Assembly: GCA_027923505.1 (NCBI GenBank) | Contig: BROI01000013.1 | Coordinates: forward strand, 1-64,000 | Reading direction: 5' to 3' | Source: Mayamaea pseudoterrestris | Taxonomy: Eukaryota | Length of the DNA stretch: 64,000 nucleotides | Shown: positions 11,082 through 26,478 of the stretch, piece after piece | Layout: every line of letters begins with the position of its first letter | Numbering within the stretch: the first letter of the stretch is position 1 | The notes under the pieces: generated by a model | The model's database searches: none | What the model saw: the letters and a program-made list of their open reading frames with translations, nothing else | What the model was told of the DNA's origin: nothing | Made by a program: the position numbers and the translations under genes

Positions 11082-13736
11082 ATGGAATTGATAACTTCTC
11101 TCGCATCGGAATGTCGCGTCGCTGCAGCGTACGATAAGGTGATGAACGCCGAGTGTGTCTACACCTTTCATTCACCCTACACGACAGACCAAGGAATTCT
11201 CGTAAACTTGAACACTTTTGTCGGAACCGTCCAGAATCTTGCTTTTGGTTCACCTTCCAGTGACAAGGGATTATTTGTTCGCATCGTCAAGAAGCGCGTC
11301 GTCAAGAAGGGAGCTGCTGATCATCCCACTAATTCATCCGCCACCACGACAGCGCCAACGAAACTAGCCATTGGAGTTGAAGGAGGATTTGCAAGTGAAG
11401 CGGAAAAGTATGATACGATTTCATCGCACTCGATTGTTGTTCTATCGAAGCGAGAAAACAATGAAATGGCTCCGGAAATCCTTGCTGAGCTCCCATACAC
11501 CGACGCTACCAAGAACAATTTTCCGACATTGGTGACGATGTCAGTTGATTCCATTGTCCACCACGCTGGAGCACTTACGCCGCAAGATGCCCAGCAATGG
11601 AAGCTTGATGAAGAGATTCCTGTTTCCAAGTATGCAGCACAGTTGCCATTTGTTGACAACGATGTGAGAATTGTTTCAAACCCAAAGCACTGGGCGTGTC
11701 AAAAATATCCTGACGCTGAACGGTCCAAAGAAAATCTTTGGCTCAATCTCAGCGATGGGTTTATTGGCGGAGGACGTAAGAATTGGGACGGATCTGGCGG
11801 AACGGGTGGCGCTCTCGACCACTACGACGAAACTGGCAAGCTGTTTCCACTTGTTGTCAAGCTCGGGACATTGACTGCTGACATTGACACGGCAGACTGC
11901 TACTCTTACGCACCCGACGAAGATGGACCGGTCAGAGTTCCTAATCTAAAAGAGCTTCTAGTGAAGCGAGGGATTCATATTGCGTCTATGCAAAAGACGG
12001 TCAAAAGTACTGCCGAATTGGAAGTCGAGCTCAATGCCAATTACGCCTTTGACGCCATTACGGAAGCTGGCGCGCAACTTGTACCTGTCTCTGGACCAGG
12101 ATTGCAGGGGTTACAGAACTTGGGAAACTCTTGCTACATGAATTCGGTCTTGCAGGTGCTTCTTTCGGGAACGGTATCGGAGCTTGCTCATCGGTACGGA
12201 ACGAAAGCACACGGCAATGTTACAAGTCATGCGTTTTTGAAAAGCGCGCCAACTTCGCCGTGGGATAATCTGCTATGCCAAACAACAAAAATAGCTTGCG
12301 CTTTAACAAGTGGAGCTTTTGCCTTGCCAGTGGACCAGGCTGAATCGGAGGATGGCGCCACCACCAACCCCAAGTATCGATTGGCCCCGCGCATGTTCAA
12401 GCATTTAATTGGCAAGGATCATGTTGACTTCTGTACGGCACAGCAACAAGATGCGGCTCAGTTTTTCCAGTATCTATTGGAGAAGTTGGATCAAGCCGAG
12501 CTGGCTGCAGCTAAACAACAGCCAGGCACTTTTTCAGCCGCCAGCAATATTATCAATGTGACCTCGCGACTTTTTACTTTTGCCACACGTACCCGCCTCG
12601 TTTGCATGGCCGACCAGAAAATTAAGTACAATGAAAATGCGCTGGAGAATGTTTGGGGTCTGCGTATACCCATGGAAAAAGCTGTATTCATGGAGGAGGA
12701 GAAGAAAGCGGCTGATATTGCCTCGCCAGAGCACAAGCGACTTAAATCGGAGGATTCCGAGCTGAAGCAAGTTCCGACGATAACCTTTGCTGCTTGTCTT
12801 GAGGAATGGGCTAGTGAAAGTACAATTGATGACTTGAAATGGGCTCATTTGCAGAGTGCGAATTATCCGGCGACGCAGCGCACCCGTTTTGCAAACTTTC
12901 CTCGTTATCTGGTCGTTCAGATGCATCGTTACGAAATGGGGCCGGATTGGACGCCAGTCAAGTTGGAAGTTAAGCTCGACATTCCTCAGGAACTCGACTT
13001 GAGTCAATATAGATGCAGCGGCCCGCAGGATGGCGAAAAGTTAGTTCCGGAAGATGCTTCTGTCACGGCGCCAGCATCAGCATTTGGACCAACCATTGAC
13101 GAAAGCGCCCTGTCGCAGCTGATGGACATGGGTTTTTCCATGAATAGCTGCCGTCGTGCTTTGATTGCTGTTGGTGGAAATAACTCTGAAGCTGCCATGA
13201 ATTGGATCTTTGAGCACAATACAGATCCGGATTTTAACGACCCACTGCCTCAGGTTGGTGGGCCGACTGGTGAATTAGCATTGTCGCACGATAGTGTCGT
13301 CGATGAAGGTTCTGTCCAGACACTTGTTGAAAATCTTGGCTGTTTCCCTGCAGATCACGTTCGTGCTGCCCTCAAAGCGACAAATGGCTCCATGGAGCAA
13401 GCTGCCGACTGGTTGTTTTCGCATATGGACGATATTGACAGCGCCATATCTGCGTTGCAGATAAGGGAAGCTGCTTCTGACGGGACACACACTTCAAGTG
13501 CTCCTTCCATGACGCTGGAGGATGGGGACGGCAAGTACAGCATGATTGGAATGATATCGCACATTGGAAAGAACACAGGGTCGGGGCACTATGTGGCGCA
13601 CTTGAAGCGTGGCGACGATTGGGTTATTTTCAATGATGAGAAGGTGGCACTTTCGTCGAAACCCCCGACCGAGCATGCGTACATGTATTTGTACAAGCGT
13701 AGCGATGCGATGAATTCCCCAAATTTAGACTATTGA
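11082..13736 (+). CDS. Ubiquitin carboxyl-terminal hydrolase, USP5/USP13/UBP14 (isopeptidase T) family
   Basis: ZnF-UBP-like ENLWLNLSDGFIGGGR; Cys box GLQNLGNSCYMNS; QQDA; two UBA domains (QLMDMGF; AADWLFSH); His box SGHYVAH...FND. Confidence 0.95.
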   Translation: MELITSLASECRVAAAYDKVMNAECVYTFHSPYTTDQGILVNLNTFVGTVQNLAFGSPSSDKGLFVRIVKKRVVKKGAADHPTNSSATTTAPTKLAIGVEGGFASEAEKYDTISSHSIVVLSKRENNEMAPEILAELPYTDATKNNFPTLVTMSVDSIVHHAGALTPQDAQQWKLDEEIPVSKYAAQLPFVDNDVRIVSNPKHWACQKYPDAERSKENLWLNLSDGFIGGGRKNWDGSGGTGGALDHYDETGKLFPLVVKLGTLTADIDTADCYSYAPDEDGPVRVPNLKELLVKRGIHIASMQKTVKSTAELEVELNANYAFDAITEAGAQLVPVSGPGLQGLQNLGNSCYMNSVLQVLLSGTVSELAHRYGTKAHGNVTSHAFLKSAPTSPWDNLLCQTTKIACALTSGAFALPVDQAESEDGATTNPKYRLAPRMFKHLIGKDHVDFCTAQQQDAAQFFQYLLEKLDQAELAAAKQQPGTFSAASNIINVTSRLFTFATRTRLVCMADQKIKYNENALENVWGLRIPMEKAVFMEEEKKAADIASPEHKRLKSEDSELKQVPTITFAACLEEWASESTIDDLKWAHLQSANYPATQRTRFANFPRYLVVQMHRYEMGPDWTPVKLEVKLDIPQELDLSQYRCSGPQDGEKLVPEDASVTAPASAFGPTIDESALSQLMDMGFSMNSCRRALIAVGGNNSEAAMNWIFEHNTDPDFNDPLPQVGGPTGELALSHDSVVDEGSVQTLVENLGCFPADHVRAALKATNGSMEQAADWLFSHMDDIDSAISALQIREAASDGTHTSSAPSMTLEDGDGKYSMIGMISHIGKNTGSGHYVAHLKRGDDWVIFNDEKVALSSKPPTEHAYMYLYKRSDAMNSPNLDY

Positions 13737-13782
13737 ATCAGCTGACACAAGGTCTTTAACTCAACATATAAATTGCAAACAT

Positions 13783-14819
13783 TTAATCAGATGCTATCGA
13801 AGTAGGAGCAAATCGCGAGGCCTTTGGCCCCGTGTACCCTTGGTGTATGAGCTTGTCTCCAAAGTGGTTCCATGGCACCGTGTTTGTTCCCATGTTAGTC
13901 AAGTGCGCCGTGTAACCATTCATGCTATTTGCAGTGTCATGAGCGTCAATTGTCCACGAAGTGTCATGTGCACGTCGTGTTAGCTTGTAGACACTGCATG
14001 GTGCCGCCGGAGTAACATCCGCTAGACTCATATTAGTGGCGGCCCGAACCAAGCTAATGCAGGCGGCCGCATGCGATACCATGACAATTACCTTTCGTCT
14101 CTGCGGCGTCACTGGATAATTCCCGTTTAAAAGCTGAATAGCTCGATCACATCGATCATGGAAAACAATACGAGGTTCCGGAATGTTTGGAACAAATAGA
14201 CTCTCGTGAGTGATGTCGAGTCGAGGAAAGTAGTGACTTCGCTCGGCGATAGGCGGGAGTGAGGCATGCCATGCACCATTCTTGCCGTCCCACTCGAAAA
14301 TGGATGATTCCGGTAGGATCTTGATATTGGCAGCACCTGGTACCTTTTGCAACTGACTAATGGCCTCGTTCGACGTTTGCAGCGTTCGTAGGAAGGGACT
14401 GGACAACCATGTAACATCGTCACCGGTAACGCCGTCGTTGGAGAAAAGTTGATCCAGAAAAATGCCCGTCTCTCGCGCTTGTGCATGACCAAGGTCGCTG
14501 AGTGGTGGATCTCCTGGTCGGTCTGTCGTCTCGGTCCACTTGGATAAGTAAGTGTGTGAGCGACAACATCATGAAAAGATTCTTCAATCGAATCTACAAC
14601 CTTCCAAACGCAGGCGAGGCATTATGATGGATTGCATGCCGCCTTGCATTGCTCACTCGTTGCAAGTATCATTTCTCTATTACTTACCTTTGGATTTTCA
14701 TAATCCCATCGATCTCCGTGTCGAACAATGTACAGCATCTGAACTCCCATGTCGGAGCACTCGTTGTTGAATGTAAGGGTCGTCGCAGCGTCGGTGTCAG
14801 CAGTCAATATCGGCGACAT
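13783..14819 (-). CDS. Histidine phosphatase (phosphoglycerate mutase-like) protein, intron 14539-14687
   Basis: Exon 1 YIVRHGDRWD spliced to W..DRPGDPPLSDLGHAQA...SSPFLRTLQT...VSHAA. Start codon uncertain. Confidence 0.85.
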
Positions 14820-14975
14820 TGAATTCTTTGTCGTACTTGTATGTAAATCTGACAACTAGAACACAACTACTGTGGTCTATCCTGAGCCTGCAATATCACC
14901 AAGATCAGAGTTTCGGTGACGAAGATTATGGTGGACGATGCAAGGAAAACGCACTTGGGAGTCGCGTATCGCGGC

Positions 14976-15211
14976 TTTATGACGTCCGTTTTCATTGGCA
15001 CTCGTTTCATACTATTGCCTTATGACGTAGTTTTCACTGGCACTCGTTTCGTATTATTGCCTTTTGACGTAGTTTTCACTGGCACCCGTTTCGTATTATT
15101 GCCTTATGACGTAGTTTTCACTGGCAGTCGTTTCATACTATTGCCTTATGACGTCATTGACACTGGCACTCGTTTCGTACTATTGCCTTGTGACGTAGTT
15201 TCACTGGTGCC
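14976..15211 (-). repeat. 42-bp minisatellite array 2 (about 5.5 units)
   Basis: Unit GGCACTCGTTTCGTATTATTGCCTTATGACGTAGTTTTCACT repeated; reads as TGTRFVLLPYDVVF repeats in the ORF track. Confidence 0.92.
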
Positions 15212-15326
15212 TTGACCAAAGCAAAAATGAAAGTTCTGCAACCGTTCGCGCCACGCACACTGCTCGCAACAAGAAGAAGTCGCCACTGTGCTGATCGCTG
15301 TGGAATTTGTGCTCTTACTCCCAACA

Positions 15327-16367
15327 ATGGTTGCAGGTCTTAAATTTCTCTCGAAAAAAGGTTTCAATCCACAAAACAATTCGAATCGCCAAAAAGTTTG
15401 GGAACGCGAGCAACAGGCCGAGCAAGACGCCAAGAGAATTCGCGATCGAATCGCACAACTCAAACGCGAGCGAGATGACGAGGAACTTGCCATTGCTCGG
15501 GGCGACTCGGTAAAAGTTAATTTCATGTATCAACTTCCACCTGGTCTGGATGCGGCAAGTGCAAACAAGAGTGATGGAGACGATGAGGAGGGGTCGAAAA
15601 CGAATGGCGATGCATCGGGTGCAGCTGCCGCTGACTTTGCTGTTCACCGCCAAGCAGGCGACGATGACGCAGCAGCTGCCTTTCGAGCATTGCTGGCGGG
15701 CCAATCGACTTCAGAAAAAGATACTTTACTGCAAACGAAGCAAGAGGAACTCGAAGATGGTTTCAATTTTGCGCTTCGTGGATCAGGCGCCGGTGCAGTC
15801 ACTCACGAACGCGATAGTCGCAAACGGGATGCACAAAAGCTTACGGCTTTGGAAAAGGCGGCTGGACGAGCGAGCAGTAAACTTAATCATGGTCTATCGT
15901 TGAAATCGCAGATTGAGCGATTCCCTTCTCTGGCGAATGCTCCTCGGGCCCAGGGTATTTCGAGCGAACATGTTGGAGTCAACTTTAAACCAATGGGTGC
16001 GCAGATTCGGAACGTCAAATGTTTGGCGTGCGGAGTTTGGGGACACGCGAGAGGCGAACGAGAGTGCAAGATTACTGGTTGGAATCCATTCGAAATAGCA
16101 TCGAATGTTACACGGCATTATAATGTTACAGGAGCCTCTGAACAGGCCGGCCAGACGCGGCGAAACAAGCGAACTGATGACGGCATTAACGACCTCCCGG
16201 TACAGCATGTACAAACACACAAACGAAAGTCATCAAGCGAGCTACGGCATGATAGCGACAGCTCAGATGGTGAGGACGGAACGAACAGGAAGCGAAAACA
16301 CAAACGAAAGAAGTACAAAAAGTGCCACCGCGACGAAAATCGCAAACGACAGAGACAGTCCAAGTAA
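15327..16367 (+). CDS. CIR1/Cir_N (CBF1-interacting corepressor-like) spliceosome-associated protein with zinc knuckle
   Basis: N-terminal LKFLSKKGFNPQNNSNRQKVWEREQ; IRNVKCLACGVWGH..GEREC; Lys/Arg-rich tail. Confidence 0.8.
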   Translation: MVAGLKFLSKKGFNPQNNSNRQKVWEREQQAEQDAKRIRDRIAQLKRERDDEELAIARGDSVKVNFMYQLPPGLDAASANKSDGDDEEGSKTNGDASGAAAADFAVHRQAGDDDAAAAFRALLAGQSTSEKDTLLQTKQEELEDGFNFALRGSGAGAVTHERDSRKRDAQKLTALEKAAGRASSKLNHGLSLKSQIERFPSLANAPRAQGISSEHVGVNFKPMGAQIRNVKCLACGVWGHARGERECKITGWNPFEIASNVTRHYNVTGASEQAGQTRRNKRTDDGINDLPVQHVQTHKRKSSSELRHDSDSSDGEDGTNRKRKHKRKKYKKCHRDENRKRQRQSK

Positions 16368-16451
16368 TTTGCTGCCTCTGTTGCTACAGGATTAGCTAAA
16401 ATATATTTAAAACTTGCCATTTTTATCATATTTAATAATTTACTACCAGTA

Positions 16452-18625
<2,174 letters not shown>

Positions 18626-18984
18626 TGACATTCTGTAGACTGAAGCAAATCAAACTTTTCCTTTCTTTTACGTAAGCAGTGGCAGATCAGCAGGTTTTCA
18701 ATGGTCGAAGCGTCGCTTATTCGATGGAAGAAAGGAGAAACGATCTTGTGGTTCACGCGCGATGGCGCGCCAAGACTAAGTACTCGTGAATGACGAGTCT
18801 TGTTTTTCAACGGAGCGTGGTTGACCGGCAGGCGTGATATTTAAATCTCACCTGCCTAATTAGAAAACGTGCTTTAACCCTTCCTTTTAAAACCTTATCG
18901 TCATTGTCGGTCGATGCGAGTTTGCTTTCCACAAATCGACCATTCACCATTGAGGTCAACCTTCCTCGTTTGTCTCTCATATAG

Positions 18985-19873
<889 letters not shown>

Positions 19874-22146
19874 ACATCTTGGCAAGCCTGTTGATTTGAG
19901 TGTTGGCAGTGGTGTGGGTTGTCTGTTGCGACGGAAGGGTCACACACCTTCCTATCGTACACACAGAAGTGACACGAATGAGTGGTACGCTTGGGAGCGC
20001 AGTGGAGCTTAACACAAATAAAACAGTGCTATTATTTATACTTTGCGCTGTATGTTTTTGCTTGCAGCTAGCACGTCGTCCAACTGGACACCATGCGACG
20101 ATTTTTGCCTTTCATTTGACCAAAAACGTACGTGAGGGAAGTCGGTAGTTCTCTAATCGTACCCTTTTCCTCATTTTTTGCAAAAGCACCCAACAATCTC
20201 ATATCATCGCAATGCTCATGGCGTGTCAAAACGAGAAGTTTACGTGCACTTGTGTACACACATTGTATTGTAACTCTCGCGACTGCCATAAACATATAGT
20301 GTGGAAACGAAGACATTGTCTGCCGCGCCATATTTCTCATCCCAAACATCGTAGCATCCACCGTGAGTCCTCTTATAACTCTTCAACGATCCATACCCTC
20401 TTCTCGAAAACAATATGCAACATGCATCCACTAGTCAAAAAATCAACTAACTGTAAGTGTCGAACTTGCCGGCATCGCCATATGTCATTGCATACAGACA
20501 GCCATCTCAGTAAGGTGCCAACCAATCGGCCGCGTTCAAAGACACCCATCTCAATTTCTCAAGCCCATGACTCAGAAGAATCTTGCGACGAGCATCACTT
20601 AATTTTGAAGTTAGTCTATTCTTGAAGATCGCCTGGCCCGTCACGAAAGCCCATCAAGCCCAAGATGATACCCAGCGCGCTCATGAGGCCGATCACCGAA
20701 AAAATCATCCCGCATTCTGGAGCCAACTGTCCGATCAAAGCTGCGGAAATGCCATCTTGGCGGCGAATTAGACGCAACGTCCACGATTGTCGCGTTGCCT
20801 TGTTGATCCTTTGGAACCGAGTACGGCCGCAACTCAAATAGCATGACAACCGTGGCATATTTTATAACTTTGAAGCTACGGATCGCCACTTTGATGGCCA
20901 AGTGAACGCAACATTCTTGTCATATCTCGCCGCCTTGTTGTTGCTGCTCCACTACGGGCATAAGATCGGCCAGCTCGGCATCCTTGGCGACTCGCAACAT
21001 GCGAACTTTCATGAGTTGACGAAACGGAAGTTCTTGTCTACACCTTCTATCTCGACGGGTGGAGCTTGCCCCGCTTCCCAATAAAATACAGCGTAGCAGT
21101 ACTGCCAAAAGCTTGCCAAAACTATCAAATCATCATCAGGTTCGTCCCGAGCTTTCAAACGACGATCCTCCTCGGACACGTCAAGCAGGCACGTCACGCC
21201 ATTCACCTTGTTTTTTTGTAAAACGGAAGAATGGAAAGTTGAGGTGCTGTGAGTCTGATTGGTATCGTGGTTCGTGATAAGCACAAGAAGATCCATGGCT
21301 GCTCTGTAAGGCGGTCATTCGTCGTTAATGTTTTATGGCATGCTCATGCACAGACTCATCGTCTTCTTTTTCTCTCCTCATTGCCACTGTCCTTTGACGA
21401 AACGATAATTCGAGTGTCAATTTGGCAAAAAACTCTTTATAGATGTCATATTGAAGTTTCCAATCGTAAAATCGTGCCCCATAGAACAACGGACGGCACT
21501 CGTTCCTCGCTCCATCTCCCATCTTTTAAAACTCATTTTCGCAGTATCGATACAAGAACTGTCTAATATTGAAGTTTACTTTTCGTCTGGCGCATCTTGC
21601 TACTTTCCTGCATCTGACTGGAATCAAACTTGGCAGCAGAACGCAGAAGGAATTGTCGCTTGTCGCACCAAGAAATGATTGGCGTTCGCTGATATAAACG
21701 ATTCCCTCGGGTTCGACGACAACATGCGTCGTGCAACTTCACAGCTAGTGTAAGCTACATCAATGTTAAAGTCTTGACGTTGAATGTGAATGATTGATAA
21801 TCAATATATATTATTTGGTGACTGACCGAGGCCGAGGGCAGGTGCAAAAGGTGCAAGGCGAAAATGTTTCGGCGATAAGTGTGACTGTCGTAGCGTTATC
21901 AGCTACAATCGTGGTCATCCGTTTTTCCTAGTCCTACCGGTAGCGGTACTCAAAGCGTGACATGGGTTCGGTATTCGCGCCGCTGCGCCACTTCCCTGGC
22001 TCCACTCTCAAGCCATCATGATGTACTTGTACAACATGTACTCGCATCAGATCAGCCTCCTACGGACGAGTTTAGTTTTTAATAGCTACGGAAGACCTAC
22101 TCGAATTTCAAACTGCTTTACAAATGTGGTTGTGCGTCGCAAAATC

Positions 22147-23310
22147 ATGTCCGAACCGCCATCGAGTTCGACGACTCGACGAAACAAATTTCTCGCGGCC
22201 CCTCGTCAATTTCAGCGACATGAGAACCACCGTAGAATTCCTCCATATATACTCTTTACTGCTGGAGGAACGCTGCTTGTCATTGGAGGTACATACTACG
22301 CCTTTCTCGATCGAGTTCCCTTGACAAATCGGCAGCGCTGGATTGCAACGACCACGACTATGGAGCAGGAGCTTGGCGACTCTGAATACCAACAGCTGCT
22401 CCAACAGTTTCGAGGGGCAATTCTTCCGCCGCAACATCGAGCCACTCGGACTGTTCAGCGGGTTGGAAATCGAATTGTAGCGGCGGCGCAGGAATTCATG
22501 ACAGATTATCATGCGTCAACCAACACAGCAAGCCGAGATTTGACGCTTTTGGCGAGGCCATATACTTTTACAGTTGTCCAGTCGGACATGGCGAATGCCT
22601 TTTGCTTGCCTGGAAATCACGTATTTGTCATGACGGGCTTGTTTCAGTATGCGAGGACCGAAGACGAGCTCGCTGCTGTCTTGGGTCATGAAAGTACGTT
22701 CTAATACCTGTACCTGTACAATGCAGTACAATGTACAATACAACATCCAGTCGAATGGTTGCTGTCCTCTTGCACGCTTGCAGACTCACCTTTGATTCTC
22801 TTCTTTTCTTTATTCTCGTTTGCAGTCGCTCACAACCTTGCGCGCCATGCCGGCGAGAAAATGAGTGGTGGTTTGGTGGTGAACCTTTTGGCGCGGTCGA
22901 CACTTCTCCTCGATCCATCCGGTTTATTGGCCATGATGATACTCCCAGCCGCTAGTATTTTCCGGGAACTCCCTCATTCCCGCATTCAAGAGCTGGAAGC
23001 TGACGAAATTGGTGTACATTTGGCCGCCTTGGCGTGCTACGATCCACGCGCCAGCAAGCGAGTCTTTCAACGAATGAAGGATGGACTCGACGGCAAAGCC
23101 CCGCCCGAGTTCCTTTCAACTCATCCTTCGCACACGTCTCGCCTAGCCAAGTTTGACATGTACATGCCGGAGGTCATGCAGACGTTTGAAAGCAACGAAC
23201 GATGTGCCGTCATTCGACAGCAAATGGAGAGAGCGCGGCTAGCTGCTGCGCGAGATGCCTTGCTTCGGGAGCGACAGGCTGCGCAAGGAGCAGTATGGCA
23301 CGACCTTTAG
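22147..23310 (+). CDS. OMA1: M48 family zinc metallopeptidase (OMA1-like), intron 22694-22825
   Basis: TM segment, VPLTNRQR, NAFCLPG, LAAVLGHE|IAH (HExxH restored by splicing), ELEADEIG and EFLSTHP. An upstream in-frame ATG at 22018 is possible. Confidence 0.88.
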
Positions 23311-23498
23311 CCATGGTATCATACAATGGCTTTGTATACATACGAATGAATAGTAGTGATGCATGTTAGATGCCAGCCATGGTACTTGCATCGATGATGA
23401 ATATTTCGCAGATTAACAGTACCCAATTCAAGCGTTGGCACACTCGTGGTAAAAAGTCTTTACTATTACACACCTGTTACTAATAACAGTCGCCATAC

Positions 23499-23948
23499 TT
23501 AACGTCGGTGGTTGCCAATTGCACGCTTCTTGGCTCGTCTGGCTTGACGCGACACGGCTCTTTTCCCACGGTTTGCTGCCTTTGGTCGACGAGCGTTTCT
23601 GTTCATGGCTTGCAAAGGTGAAGATGCCGGTACGTCGCTTGAAGTTAAGAATTCCTTCTTGTTCTGCTTGACTGCTGCTTCTTCCAAATCCACCCATCCA
23701 ACGACAATTGGTGCATTTGGATGACGGTAAAATTGAGTTGAAAATGACAAGAGCGAATCAGGTGGTGGCTCTCGCATCACCTTTCGAGATGTTTGGTCAG
23801 TGAAAAAGCTTGAAGTGGCAATGGTACGGCCAGACATTGCCCTCGTCACAAGAGTCATCAAGGAGTACCGGCAGCAGGTGGTCGGCACCTTCGGTTGCAT
23901 CGTTGGATAGCCACGAGCGGCCATTCTAGTAAAAACAGACGATATCAT
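23499..23948 (-). CDS. Small protein with a mitochondrial-like presequence and a very basic C-terminus
   Basis: 149-aa ORF ending MNRNARRPKAANRGKRAVSRQARRAKKR; family not confidently assigned. Confidence 0.55.
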   Translation of the reverse strand: MISSVFTRMAARGYPTMQPKVPTTCCRYSLMTLVTRAMSGRTIATSSFFTDQTSRKVMREPPPDSLLSFSTQFYRHPNAPIVVGWVDLEEAAVKQNKKEFLTSSDVPASSPLQAMNRNARRPKAANRGKRAVSRQARRAKKRAIGNHRR

Positions 23949-24763
23949 GTCACTTTTCTAATCGGTAAAAGCTCTAGGAAGTGGAATCAAGTTTTAGACG
24001 ATGGTAACAAGTAGTACTCGTACGGTAGGTTTGGCCCGTTCGACATGATTCTTCTTCGGTTTCATGGTGCCAGGTTTGTCGCAGCGGTTGATTTTCTATC
24101 CTCATCCATAACTACTCTCATAACAAGCTACCGTAGCTATCTTTAAAGCTTTCAGTTCGCCAGGCAATATACTTGCCATGGGGTGAACTCTTACGCTCTT
24201 TAGTTACTGCATACTAGTATGAACGAGTTCCTGCCAAGCTGTTAGTGTCACCCAGTCCCTCCTCATTCGAAAACGGTGCCCTACTTCTGCATTATTGCTT
24301 AGCGAAAGCCGGTATGCAGATGGTATGACATGTTGTACGTAACATACATAGTTGTACCACAAGTAACTACTACAGTACCGTAGGAGATCAAGTCGCTGAA
24401 AGAATAAAGTTCATCGCCGGATCATCGCAGTGATGAGTCAGTGACAGCTGTACTGAAGGCTATAGCGCCACGTTTCCAATGGCCTCATTTCTCTATGTAA
24501 GCGCTCGGAATGCTTCTGCGGTTGCAGTAAATAGCATGACAGGCCAGTGACGAACGCAGATTGATGGTGACTCGCCAACTGAGGGCACACCGGGCAATGA
24601 CGTGTTCGAAAGGGCAAGAGCCTTGGCCTCACGATGTGGCAATAGAAACACAATCGCTTACGAATGGATTGCCGCCGAGGCACAGCGCGCTGCAAGCAAC
24701 AGAATTGAGACACAATTTTCGAAAGCGCCATCTTTCTTCTTCAAACACGCAACTAAATCTACC

Positions 24764-25928
24764 ATGAAGATTACCGGAACTTTCCTTCTACTCGCATCTG
24801 GCGCCGCGGCCTTCCAGGCTCCCGCCTTTCAGTCAAGCCGATCCTCCCCGTCATTCTCGTACCTTTCAAGCCTTGGAGGAGGTGAACCGCTCAGCAGCAC
24901 TCCGCCCCGCAGTGGCGAACTTGGAACCAACACCCGCAACGTTGAAGTCACCCGCAACGATTTCCTTAACAACGATCGCTCGGTAAGTTTAACTAGTGGC
25001 GGCTGCGACGCATGCGTGCTCAATTGACTTCCTAGAATGACTCTCACATTCTTGCGTACTGCGTTCCTATTACTTGTTGCAGCGCCAGCTTGAGCAGCGT
25101 TTGAACCGGCTAGAGCGTGACAACGCCATGCAGGCCCAGAAACTCAACACGCGCGGTCCTACTCCAGCCAAGTTCACTCGCCCCGAAGGTGATGTTCGCG
25201 GACCTGCCGCCATCATTTCGGAAAAGTCCCCCAAAGTTCCCGTTCAAGGAGGATCTCTCAAGACTTGGTCATACGCCAGTCCATTGGTCGAGCGTATCCA
25301 CGTTGTCCTCAAAACGGACGGGCGTCCTCTTGATGCCGACGTTGCGCTTTGGCAGGGACCAGACAACACTCCTCACAAGATGCGCGTCTATGTCGAGGAC
25401 GGAGCTGAGCGCCCATTCAGTGCTGTCTTTGAGACACCCCGCGGACCGAACACTGTTTCTATTCGCAACACTGGCCAGTTGGAGTTCCCTCTTGCGGCTC
25501 ACGTATTGGCCGAAGTCGATGGCACCAACACTGGTTTGTTGCCGGCCGCCAAGTCCAACGACTTGAAGGGTATGCCCATGACCATTCAGGGAGGAGCCCT
25601 TCGCACCTACCCATTCGACCCGACGGTTGACAGTGTTGCTGTATTGTTGAAGACGGATGGACGTCCGCTCAACGCGCGCATCGAGTTGCTCCAGGGACCT
25701 AACAACAACAAGCAAGTCGTCGAAGTCTACACGGAAGACGGCCTGGACCGACCATTCTTCATGATCATTGAAACACCAGGCAGTGGCAACGTCGTGCGCG
25801 TCGTTAACTCCGCCACGGTTGAATTCCCTCTGACTGCCTGGGTGGAGCCATACCGCATTGGCACATCCTACTCGCCTCTTGAACCAGTCATTGGTGGAGA
25901 TGATGATGGCTTCATCCGTCAATGGTAA
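24764..25928 (+). CDS. Plastid-targeted algal protein of unknown function with an internally duplicated domain; intron 24983-25082
   Basis: Signal peptide ending AAA-FQAP; two copies of QGG.L.T....LKTDGRPL.A...L.QGP.N....VY.EDG..RPF....ETP. Confidence 0.85.
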
Positions 25929-26478
25929 ATAATGATCATTTTGGGTCGCTCGCATTCAATCACTGGAGCTATCTTTCGAAAATCAAGAACACATTCGTGG
26001 CAAGGACACGCTCTTCGTTAGTATCTCCTGGTATGCACATATATATTTATAAATCGGTTTTACTGTTGTTTGACATTTTATACTTTTAGTAGCACCTATC
26101 ATACGACACGACTTGCCCTCTTACGCCAAGCAAACTTTAGCCGAATTTAACATGGCACCTCGTTGTACATGGACGCATTCTGCCGTCGGTCCGCTTCGGC
26201 CTGGTTGCAAACGTCCCTGTAGTTGGTAAACCGGCCAAGTCATTTTTCCCCTTGTACTCGCAGTACGTACTCTGGAGAGACAACAAACGGGCAGTGCATC
26301 AAAATATAAATGTTTTCAGGTTCCTTTTCGGGTCGATCTCGTACTAAATTGCTTTAATTGGCGACACAGTTATGTTTGCAACGCGATATAGATACGAAGT
26401 CCTTAGTCGTAATCAAAATTAGAGTTAAATTGTGCAAAACAAGTAATTACACTTTGCAAGTAGTTGGCATGCTTTGCT

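Noticed and set aside
14916..15215. ORFs made of TGTRFVLLPYDVVF or TQFSLALV repeats (also 10683-11016, 41432-41966 and the N-terminal extension of the NOG2 ORF)
   Set aside because: By-products of a repeat whose length is a multiple of 3; no evidence of coding.
20616..21296. Cluster of short minus-strand ORFs ending in a hydrophobic segment
   Set aside because: They lie in different frames and I could not build a consistent spliced model; possibly a degraded gene.
23411..23420. GATTAACAGT resembling the tRNA-Asn-type PBS
   Set aside because: Short match in a 3' intergenic gap with no LTR or TE context.
26160..26250. Possible structured ncRNA (GCTTCGGC tetraloop followed by a T-run)
   Set aside because: No match to any snRNA, tRNA or SRP features that I can support.
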